Shown here piece after piece: positions 31,341-38,716 of a stretch of 64,000 nucleotides of DNA. Numbering within the stretch: the first letter of the stretch is position 1; each line of letters starts with the position of its first letter. Location of the stretch: the NCBI GenBank assembly GCA_963764275.1, contig CAVXRV010000002.1:158799-222798 (forward strand), given 5' to 3'. The stretch comes from an uncultured Solirubrobacterales bacterium. GTDB taxonomy: Bacteria; Actinomycetota; Thermoleophilia; Solirubrobacterales; 70-9. The translations under genes and the position numbers were made by a program. A model generated the notes under the pieces. That model had not been told where the DNA came from, searched no databases, and was given only the letters and a program-made list of their open reading frames with translations.

Positions 31341-33370
31341 GCTGGCAGCTCTCGATCTTCGCCTGCCTCGCGCTGGTTCTGCTCGCGGGCGGCGTCTGGT
31401 TCGAGCGCTCCCGTCCCTCGGCCCGGGTCGTCGCCGCCGTGGCCGCGCTGGCCGCGCTCGGCGTCGCCGGCCGGCTCGTGCTGGCCCCGATCCCGAACGT
31501 CGTCGCGACCACCGACGTGGTCCTCATCGCCGGCTACGCCCTCGGCGGTCCGCCCGGCTTCGCGGTCGGGGCGCTCTCGGCGCTGATCTCGAACTTCTGG
31601 CTCGGCCAGGGGCCGTGGACGCCGTGGCAGATGGCCGGCTGGGGGCTGGTCGGGATCGGGGGCGCCCTGCTCGCGTCTGTGAGCGGCCGGCGGCTCGGGC
31701 GGATGGGCCTGGCCGTCGCCGCCGCGATCGCGGGGCTTGCCTACGGCGCCCTGCTCGACCTCTCGACGATGGTCAGCTTCGGTGGCGAGCAGTCGCTGGA
31801 GCGGTATCTGGCGCTCTCGGCGCGCGGGATCCCGTTCAACGTCGCCCACGCGGTCGGCAACGCCGCGATCATGCTCGCCGCCGGCCCGGCGCTGGTCCGG
31901 ATCGTCGACCGCTACCGCGAGCGCTTCGACGTGGAGTGGGTGCCGCTCGCCGGCGGCACGGACGCCGCTCCCGCGCGTCCCGCCGCCGGCGGCGGGCTGG
32001 CGGTCGCGTTGATCGCGCTCGGCCTGGCGTTGCCCCTGTTCGGAGGCGCCCTCGGCGCCGGCCGCGCCGCGGCGGCGGACGCCGAGGCCTCGGCGAGCGG
32101 CGCCGCCGCCTGGCTGCGCTCGGCCCAGGGCTCGGACGGCGGTTGGGGCACCGGACCGGGCTACAGCACGAACCCGGGCATGACGGGCTGGGCGATGCTC
32201 GGGCTCGAGGCGGCCGGCGTCAACCCGCGCGACGTCTCCAGCGGCGGCAAGAACCCGGTCGACTTCCTGCGCGCGAACGCCGGCAAGCTGCGCTCCACCG
32301 GCGATCTCGAGCGCACGATCCTGGCCCTGCACGGAGCCGGAGTGAGGGCCGACCGCTTCGCCGGCCACGACCTGCCGGCGCAGTTGCGGAAGCGGCAGTC
32401 CCACAACGGCTCCTACGAGAAGCAGGTCAACCTCACCGCCTTCGCGATCCTCGCCCGCGTCGCTGCAGGGGAGAGTCACGGCGCGCTCGAGCGTCCGGCT
32501 CGCTGGCTCCGCGACGTGCAGCGCTCCGACGGCGGCTGGGCCTCGACCGCGGGCGGCGCGAGCGAGCCCGACAGCACGGGCGCGGCGCTGCAGGCGCTCG
32601 CCCTGCTCGGCGCCGATGGGCCCGTCGCCGACGGCGTCCACTGGCTGCGGCGGAGCCAGAACCGGGACGGCGGCTGGGCGCTGGTCAAAGGGTCGGGCTC
32701 GAACGCGCAGTCGACCGCGTGGGCGGTCCAGGGGCTGATCGCCGCCGGGGTCGATCCCGATCGAGTCGCGACCCACGGACACAGCGGGCTCGACTACCTG
32801 CGGGCGCGCAAGCGCGGCGACGGCCACTACGCCTACTCGAAGAGCAGCGACCAGACCCCCGTCTGGGTAACCGCGCAGGCGCTTACGGCGATCGCCCGCA
32901 AGCCGTTCCCGATCGCCGCGGTCCCGCGCAAGCGGGGCGGTGGCGGGAACCACGGGGGCGGCGGCGGCGGTGGCCACGGAAGTGGCTCGGGCGGGTCCGG
33001 CTCGGGGTCGGGCTCGAGCGGGAGCGGAACGAGCGCCTCCGGACCGAGCTCGAGCGCGAACGCCAGCCCTGCCTCCAGCGGCACGGGCGGCGGCGGGGGC
33101 AACGGAAAGCAATCCTCGCGGGCCTCGCACCGCGCCCACGGTGGGTCGCACCCGGACCGCGCCACCGGCGCGAGCAAGCGCAGGGCGAACGCCGTCAAGG
33201 CGAAGCCGGGCGCGCTCGCGGCCTACGTCCCGGCTGCGGCGCCGGACGGCGCCGGGGGCAGCGCGGGCGGTGACTCCCTGCCCGCGACCGCCGTCTGGCT
33301 CGCGGGGCTCGGCGTGCTTGCCGGGCTGCTCGCGGGCGGCTTCCTTCTGTATCGACGCCGGCTCCCTTGA
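31337..33370 (+). CDS. fusion protein: ECF S-component-like 6-TM domain + extracytoplasmic prenyltransferase/squalene-cyclase-like alpha/alpha-toroid + Gly/Ser-rich linker + C-terminal anchor
   Basis: Intact 677-aa ORF. The N-terminal ~195 aa are polytopic (GPWTPWQMAGWGLVGIG). The middle carries repeated toroid motifs QGSDGGWG, QRSDGGWA, QNRDGGWA, KRGDGHY. This is followed by GGGNHGGGGGGGHGSGSGGSGSGSGSSGSG and the tail LPATAVWLAGLGVLAGLLAGGFLLYRRRLP. Confidence 0.75.
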   Translation: MSWQLSIFACLALVLLAGGVWFERSRPSARVVAAVAALAALGVAGRLVLAPIPNVVATTDVVLIAGYALGGPPGFAVGALSALISNFWLGQGPWTPWQMAGWGLVGIGGALLASVSGRRLGRMGLAVAAAIAGLAYGALLDLSTMVSFGGEQSLERYLALSARGIPFNVAHAVGNAAIMLAAGPALVRIVDRYRERFDVEWVPLAGGTDAAPARPAAGGGLAVALIALGLALPLFGGALGAGRAAAADAEASASGAAAWLRSAQGSDGGWGTGPGYSTNPGMTGWAMLGLEAAGVNPRDVSSGGKNPVDFLRANAGKLRSTGDLERTILALHGAGVRADRFAGHDLPAQLRKRQSHNGSYEKQVNLTAFAILARVAAGESHGALERPARWLRDVQRSDGGWASTAGGASEPDSTGAALQALALLGADGPVADGVHWLRRSQNRDGGWALVKGSGSNAQSTAWAVQGLIAAGVDPDRVATHGHSGLDYLRARKRGDGHYAYSKSSDQTPVWVTAQALTAIARKPFPIAAVPRKRGGGGNHGGGGGGGHGSGSGGSGSGSGSSGSGTSASGPSSSANASPASSGTGGGGGNGKQSSRASHRAHGGSHPDRATGASKRRANAVKAKPGALAAYVPAAAPDGAGGSAGGDSLPATAVWLAGLGVLAGLLAGGFLLYRRRLP

Positions 33371-33407
33371 GCCGCCGCGGGCGCGTTCGTCTGCGAACCT
33401 GGGCGCG

Positions 33408-33920
33408 ATGGACGTCGAGGAAGCGATCCGCACCCGCCGCACGCACAAGGCATACCGGCCCGAGCCCGTGCCGGCCGAGACCGTCGCCGAGCTGCTCGAG
33501 CTGGCCCGGTGGGCGCCGAACCATCACCTGACCAACCCGTGGCGCTTCCGGGTCGTCGGGCCCGCCGCGCTCGCGCGACTGAAGGAGGCGGCGGGGCCGG
33601 AGGCGGCACCGAAGCTCGACCGCGCGCCGACGCTCATCGCCGCCTCCGCGCTCGCCGACCCCGATGATCCCGTCGCCGCGACCGAGGATCTGCACGCCTC
33701 CGCCTGCGCCGTCTACGCGGTCCTGCTCGCCGCCCACGGGCGCGGTCTCGCCGCTTACTGGCGCACCCCGGGGGTGCTTCGGGAAGCGGCCGGCCGCGAG
33801 GCGCTCGGCATCGGCGCGGGGGAGACGGTGCTCGGGCTGATCTATCTCGGCGAGCCGGTGCAGGAGCAGCGCCGGCCCGAGCGCGCGGATCCATCGGACT
33901 ACGTGACGTGGCTCGACTGA
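33408..33920 (+). CDS. nitroreductase family protein
   Basis: ATG 33408 lies within track ORF 32940..33920. The 170-aa product has RRTHKAYRPEPVP, LELARWAPNHHLTNPWRF and GLAAYWRT, typical of the nitroreductase fold. Confidence 0.8.
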   Translation: MDVEEAIRTRRTHKAYRPEPVPAETVAELLELARWAPNHHLTNPWRFRVVGPAALARLKEAAGPEAAPKLDRAPTLIAASALADPDDPVAATEDLHASACAVYAVLLAAHGRGLAAYWRTPGVLREAAGREALGIGAGETVLGLIYLGEPVQEQRRPERADPSDYVTWLD

Positions 33921-33968
33921 CGGAGCCGATAGCGTCCGCCGGGTGAGCCGACCCGTCCCCGCGAGCCG

Positions 33969-35666
33969 ATGATCGAGCGCGCCCGTGCCCTCGACGAGCT
34001 GACCGCGGAGCCCTTCGACGTCGTCGTCGTCGGCGGCGGCGTGACCGGGGCCGGCGTCGCCCTCGACGCCGCCTCCCGCGGCTACTCGACCGCGATCGTC
34101 GAGCGCAACGACTGGGCCTTCGGCACCTCGAGCCGGAGCTCGAAGATGGTCCACGGCGGGCTCCGCTACCTGCAGAACTTCGATCTCGGGCTGGTGCGCG
34201 AGGCGCTGCTCGAGCGCCAGTTGATGGTCCACCTCGCCCCGCATCTCGTCTACCCGACGCCCTATCTGGTGCCGACGCTCGGCGACGACCGCCGCGACGT
34301 CAAGATCGGGATCGGGCTCAACATGTACGACGTGATGGCGACGACGCGCGTCGGGCAGGGGCGCCGGCAGCGCCCGCGGGGGGAGGCGGAGGGCGAGGGG
34401 GATGCCGCCTGGTCGCCCGACCGCCACCGCACGATCTCGGCCGAGGAGACGCTCGACTACGTGCCGGCGCTGGAGTCGCGCGAGCCGAAGGGCGCCTACC
34501 TCTTCTACGACTGCCAGACCGACGACGTGCGCCTGGTGCTGACGATCCTCGGCGAGGCCGAGCGCTTCGGGGCGGTGATGGCGAATCGGGTCGAGGTCTC
34601 CTCGCTGCTCGAGGACGGCGGCAGGGCGCGCGGGGTCGTCGCCGTCGACCGCGAGGGCGGCGGGCGACTCGAGATCCGGGCCGAGAACGTGATCAACGCG
34701 ACCGGCGTGTGGGCTGACCGCATCAAGCCGGGCGAGATCCTCGACGAGACCGAGGTGCCGCGCATCGCCCCCAGCCGGGGCACCCACATCACCCTGCCGC
34801 TCGAGCGGCTGCCGCTGAACCACGCGGCCTGCATCGTCCCCGCCGGCGCCGGCCGCACGATCTTCGTCCTTCCCTGGTACGGCCGCGCCCTGGTCGGGAC
34901 GACCGACAACGACTACGACGGCGACATCGACGAGGTCCGCCCGGGCAGCGACGACATCGACTACCTGCTCGACGCCGTCAACGGCTACTTCGGGGTCGAG
35001 TTCGACCGCGACGACCTCACCGGCGCCTACGCGGGCGTGCGACCGCTGATCTCGACCGGCGACCCGAAGAAGTCGGTCGACATCTCGCGCAAGGCCGAGC
35101 TGTACGAGACCTCGTCGGGGATGCTGACGATCACCGGCGGCAAGCTGACGACCTGGCGGCGGATGGCGAAGCAGATCGTCGACCGGATCGCCGAGCGCGA
35201 GGGGCGGGACCTGCCCTGCCGCACGGCCGACATCCCGCTCGGGATGGAGGCCTCGCCGGAGGATCTGACGCCGCCGGCACCGCTCGAGCCCGGCCAGCTC
35301 CCGGACGAGGCGGCCGCGCAGCTCGGCTTCCGCTACGGGCATCAGGCGCGCGCCGTGCTCGCGCTCGCCGCCGAGCGCCCGGAGCTGGCGCGCCCGATCG
35401 TTCCCGGGCACCCCGACCTGCTCGCCGAGGTCGTGCTCGCGGCGCGCTCCGAGCAGGCGCGAACGGTCGGCGACGTCCTGCTGCGGCGCACGCGGCTGGG
35501 GCTCGTCGCCGCGCCGCAGCTGCGCACCGCCGACTCGGTGAGGGCCGTCGCCGAGACGCTCGGCGCCGAGCTCGGCTGGGACCGGCGGCGGATCGGCGAC
35601 GAGGCCGAGGCGTGGGTGAGCGAGCTCGCGACCGAGGGCTGCGACCCGGCCGGTGCGGCGGCCTGA
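33969..35666 (+). CDS. glpD: FAD-dependent glycerol-3-phosphate dehydrogenase
   Basis: Intact 565-aa ORF with the dinucleotide fold DVVVVGGGVTGAGVALDAASRG. SSRSSKMVHGGLRYL, PSRGTHI, GGKLTTWR and the C-terminal helical domain are also present. Confidence 0.9.
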   Translation: MIERARALDELTAEPFDVVVVGGGVTGAGVALDAASRGYSTAIVERNDWAFGTSSRSSKMVHGGLRYLQNFDLGLVREALLERQLMVHLAPHLVYPTPYLVPTLGDDRRDVKIGIGLNMYDVMATTRVGQGRRQRPRGEAEGEGDAAWSPDRHRTISAEETLDYVPALESREPKGAYLFYDCQTDDVRLVLTILGEAERFGAVMANRVEVSSLLEDGGRARGVVAVDREGGGRLEIRAENVINATGVWADRIKPGEILDETEVPRIAPSRGTHITLPLERLPLNHAACIVPAGAGRTIFVLPWYGRALVGTTDNDYDGDIDEVRPGSDDIDYLLDAVNGYFGVEFDRDDLTGAYAGVRPLISTGDPKKSVDISRKAELYETSSGMLTITGGKLTTWRRMAKQIVDRIAEREGRDLPCRTADIPLGMEASPEDLTPPAPLEPGQLPDEAAAQLGFRYGHQARAVLALAAERPELARPIVPGHPDLLAEVVLAARSEQARTVGDVLLRRTRLGLVAAPQLRTADSVRAVAETLGAELGWDRRRIGDEAEAWVSELATEGCDPAGAAA

Positions 35667-35701
35667 GCGAGGCGTCGGGACGCTCTCTATCCTGCCGCGG
35701 G

Positions 35702-36994
35702 ATGCCGACTTCACTAAAGAGCAAGCACCTCGCCGACCTCCACGAGCTCGCGCGGGAGCGGGGAATCGATCGCTACCGGATGCTGAGCCGCGACGAGCTG
35801 ATCGACGCGCTCGGGGATTCCGACGATTCCGCCGACGACGGCCCCGTGGCCGAGCGCGACGAATCCGCGTCGGGTAAGAGCTCTCGCCGCCGGCGCGGCG
35901 GCAGGGGCCGCGATCGCTCCCGTCGCGACGACGACAAGGGCTCCGACGACGAGAGGGGCTCCGACGAGGACGAGCAGGAGGAGGAGGGCGCGCCGGTCAC
36001 CGGCGTGCTCGAGATCACCTCGCGCGGCCACGGCTTCGTCCGTCGCGAGGAGGACCCGGACGACGAGGGGGACGTCTACGTCTCGCCCTCGCAGATCCGC
36101 CGCTGCGAGCTCAACGACGGGGACCTGATCAGCGGACCGGCCCGCAAGCCGCGCCGTGGTGAGCGCCATCCGGCCCTGATCCACATCGATACGGTCAACG
36201 GTGCCGAGCCGGGTGCGCCGCGCTCGCGTTTCGAGGAGCTCGAGGCCAGGCACCCGCACCGCCGGCTCGAGCTCAGCGGCGAGGGGCTCGAGGGCAACGA
36301 GCGGACCCTGATCCGCTCCCTCGACCTGCTCGTGCCGCTCGCCCGCGGCCAGCGCGTGCTCGTCGAGGCCGCCCGCGGTTCCGGCCGGACGACGCTGCTG
36401 CGCGCCCTCGCCCGCGAGCTGAGCGGCAAGGAGGGGCTCGGCGTCGTCGTCGTGCTGATCGACGAGCGGCCCGAGGAGGCGCCGGCCTGGCGCGAGGCGC
36501 TGCCGGATGCCGAGCTGGCGATCGCGACCGCCGACATGCGGCCCAAGGAGCAGCTGCGGCTCGTCGAGCTCGCGATTGCGCAGGCGAAGCGCCGCGTCGA
36601 GGCCGGGGAGGACGTGGTCGTCCTGATCGACTCGCTCTCCCGCCTCGCGGTCGCCGCCGACGATCCCGGGGCCGTGAAGCCGATCTTCGCCGCCGGCCGT
36701 GAGACCGCCTCAGAAGAGGCGGGGTCGCTGACCGTGATCGCGACCGTGCTGACTGACGGCGGCGAGGGCGTCGCCGAGGCCCTGCGCACGACCGAGAACG
36801 TCACCGTGGCCCTCAGCGGCGAGCTCGCGGAGGCCGGCATCTACCCGGCCCTCGACGCGACCGTCGCGCGCGTCGTCGGCGAGGAGGAGCTGCGCGAGGA
36901 CCCGGAGCTCGAGGCCGCGCGCGAGCTGCGCGCCCAGCTCGCCCGGCTCGACGCCCGCGAAGCGGCGGAGCGCCTCGCCGCCGAGGCGAAGTAG
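35702..36994 (+). CDS. rho: transcription termination factor Rho homologue with divergent ATPase motifs
   Basis: ATG 35702. The Rho_N helix-hairpin is LKSKHLADLHELARERGIDRYRMLSRDELIDAL, followed by an acidic/basic insertion. The OB RNA-binding domain is GVLEITSRGHGFVRR...VYVSPSQIRRCEL. LIDERPEE and Walker B VVVLIDSLSRLA are present. Walker A reads AARGSGRTT (Arg codon CGG at 36386-36388 where Lys is expected). Confidence 0.8.
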   Translation: MPTSLKSKHLADLHELARERGIDRYRMLSRDELIDALGDSDDSADDGPVAERDESASGKSSRRRRGGRGRDRSRRDDDKGSDDERGSDEDEQEEEGAPVTGVLEITSRGHGFVRREEDPDDEGDVYVSPSQIRRCELNDGDLISGPARKPRRGERHPALIHIDTVNGAEPGAPRSRFEELEARHPHRRLELSGEGLEGNERTLIRSLDLLVPLARGQRVLVEAARGSGRTTLLRALARELSGKEGLGVVVVLIDERPEEAPAWREALPDAELAIATADMRPKEQLRLVELAIAQAKRRVEAGEDVVVLIDSLSRLAVAADDPGAVKPIFAAGRETASEEAGSLTVIATVLTDGGEGVAEALRTTENVTVALSGELAEAGIYPALDATVARVVGEEELREDPELEAARELRAQLARLDAREAAERLAAEAK

Positions 36995-37261
36995 CGCCGA
37001 CGCATCCGGGCCCCGAAGCCGCGCGGGTCTGCGCCTACGGGCGGAAGGGCGCGACGGTGCGGGCGACGAGGGAGAGGATCGGGAGGCGCGTCTCGCTGCC
37101 CGGCGTTCTACGTCGAGTTTGTACGCATATTTCGTCCGAAGTCCACGTAGAACCGACGCGGGCCGTCCGGGCGACGACGGCGCGCTCCGCTCGGTGCCAA
37201 GGGCCAACGACGCGAGCGCCGGTGCGCCGGTCCGGCCGGGGCGGTGCGAGACGGTTCTGAC

Positions 37262-37726
37262 CTACGACTGGTAGGCGAGCGCGGCCCAGGAGGGCTCGCG
37301 CGAGAGCTCGATCGGCTCCGAGTCGCGGTCGGGCTGGATGTAGCCGAAGGTGTTCGTGTCGGGGTCGAAGACGATGTCGAGCTCGCCTTCCTTGACGCGC
37401 TGATCGAGCCAGGCGCCGCGGAAGACGAGGCGGCGGATCCAGTGCACGAGGCTGCGGTTGGAGCCGTCGACGAGCTCGCCCCAGTTCTCGTTCACGTGCT
37501 CGCCGAGGGCTGAGGCGGACTCGCGGATCTCGCCGTTGACGGCGAGCTCGACGAGATCGTGGAGCTCGTCGTGGGCGAGACCGGGCTTGATGAAGTTGAG
37601 CTTCACGGCCGCCTGCTCGACGCGCTGCGCGAAGTCGTTCTCGTTGAAGGAGAAGCGGAGCTCTCCGTATTCGAGAACGTAGTCGGAGCCCGACTCGTAG
37701 TTGCCTCTGCGTGTTGCCTTTTCCAA
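37262..37726 (-). CDS. hypothetical cytoplasmic protein
   Basis: TTG 37726 lies 9 nt after GGGAGG, inside track ORF 37262..37789. Codon usage looks coding and less GC-skewed than the neighbours. No family recognised (YVLEYGELRFSFNENDF, LVHWIRRLVFRGAWLDQR). Confidence 0.55.
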   Translation of the reverse strand: MEKATRRGNYESGSDYVLEYGELRFSFNENDFAQRVEQAAVKLNFIKPGLAHDELHDLVELAVNGEIRESASALGEHVNENWGELVDGSNRSLVHWIRRLVFRGAWLDQRVKEGELDIVFDPDTNTFGYIQPDRDSEPIELSREPSWAALAYQS

Positions 37727-38025
37727 GAGTTGTGACCTCCCGACGCGGGCCTCCCCCGCCGCGGGAGCCGGATGTTTTCGAACGCTCACGATCAGGGTCG
37801 CTGCACGGCGTCGCCTGAACGCAGGCTTGCACCCAGCCGCCGTAGGAGGAGTGCGGGAGCGGGTGGCGACGGTTACCGCGCGCGGGGCGCTCGGGGCCCC
37901 AGGCAGGGATCAGCAATCCCTTACCGGCTCCTAACCCTGGGTTTGCCGGCCGTTGGCCTGCCGCCGGGCACACTCGTTCTCGATCGAAGCCGCTCACACC
38001 CGGGCGGCTCGGAAAGGAGTCAAAG

Positions 38026-38262
38026 ATGTTCATCACCCGAAGCAAGCTCGCCGCCCTGGCGGCCGCCGGCACCCTCGCGCTCGGCGGCGCCGGCGCTACC
38101 GCCGCCATGGCTGCGCCGGCCAGTCAGGCCAGCAAGCAGGACCATCACGGCCAAAAGCACGACAGCAAGGGCCACAAGCACGACGGTAAGGGCAAGGGCC
38201 ACAAGCACGACGGCAAGGGCAAGGGCCACAAGCACGACGGCAAGGGCGGCAAGAAGCGCTAG
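38026..38262 (+). CDS. small secreted His/Lys/Gly-rich repeat protein
   Basis: ATG 38026 lies 7 nt after GGAAAGGAG. The signal peptide is LAALAAAGTLALGGAGATAAMA. The mature part is QDHHGQKHDSKGHKHDGKGKGHKHDGKGKGHKHDGKGGKKR. A hairpin terminator follows. Confidence 0.55.
   Translation: MFITRSKLAALAAAGTLALGGAGATAAMAAPASQASKQDHHGQKHDSKGHKHDGKGKGHKHDGKGKGHKHDGKGGKKR
38167..38247 (+). repeat. 27-bp tandem repeat x3 inside the His-rich ORF
   Basis: AAGGGCCACAAGCACGACGGYAAGGGC occurs at 38167, 38194 and 38221, with one T/C difference. It encodes KGHKHDGKG three times. Confidence 0.9.
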
Positions 38263-38275
38263 GAGGATCTCCGCC

Positions 38276-38316
38276 ACGGGGCCCGTCGCCTGCCCGGCGG
38301 CGGGCCCCGTCTGTGT
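38276..38316 (+). terminator. candidate intrinsic terminator
   Basis: A 10-bp perfect stem ACGGGGCCCG (38276-38285) / CGGGCCCCGT (38301-38310) with a 15-nt loop, followed by CTGTGTG. It lies 14 nt after the stop of the His-rich ORF. The T-tract is weak. Confidence 0.4.
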
Positions 38317-38366
38317 GCGCCGGCCGGCGGCGGGGGCATGCCGCCGCCCGCTGGGCTTGGGTGGGC

Positions 38367-38696
38367 ATGCCGTCGCGCTCGCATCCGCCGGCCAGGATCC
38401 CCCGCCGCTTCCGGCGGCTGCCCGACTCCGACGTCCTCGGGTGGCGCGTGCCCGTCGCTGCCACTCATCTGAGCCGGCTTCTCGGCCTCGCGCTGCTCTC
38501 CCGTGAGCGGGCGCCGGCCGGCCTGCTGCTCGAGCGCTGCCGCTCGATCCACACCTTCGGGATGCGCTTCCCGCTCGACGTCCACTTCCTCGACGCAGCG
38601 GGCGAGCCGATCCGCACCGAGCTCGGCGTCGCACCCGGCCGGATGCTCTGCGAGCGGCGGGCGGTCGCCGTGCTCGAGCTGCCGGCGACCGGATGA
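38367..38696 (+). CDS. DUF192 domain protein
   Basis: CRSIHTFGMRFPLDVHFLDAAGEPI matches the DUF192 core. The start is placed at Met 38367 because the track start 38313 lies within the upstream terminator hairpin. Confidence 0.6.
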   Translation: MPSRSHPPARIPRRFRRLPDSDVLGWRVPVAATHLSRLLGLALLSRERAPAGLLLERCRSIHTFGMRFPLDVHFLDAAGEPIRTELGVAPGRMLCERRAVAVLELPATG

Positions 38697-38716
38697 GCGC
38701 CGGCGACTCGGTGGGC

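Noticed and set aside
33408-33920. Nitroreductase next to the B12 operon as BluB (dimethylbenzimidazole synthase).
   Set aside because: At about 170 aa it is clearly shorter than BluB as I know it. It starts 38 nt after the operon without coupling, and I see no BluB-specific features. The adjacency may be coincidental.
37105-37153. 9-bp stem (GTTCTACGT / ACGTAGAAC) with a 31-nt AT-richer loop in the convergent gap after rho. Considered as an sRNA or bidirectional terminator.
   Set aside because: The stem is short relative to the loop, there is no U-tract, and I cannot assess conservation. Too weak to call.
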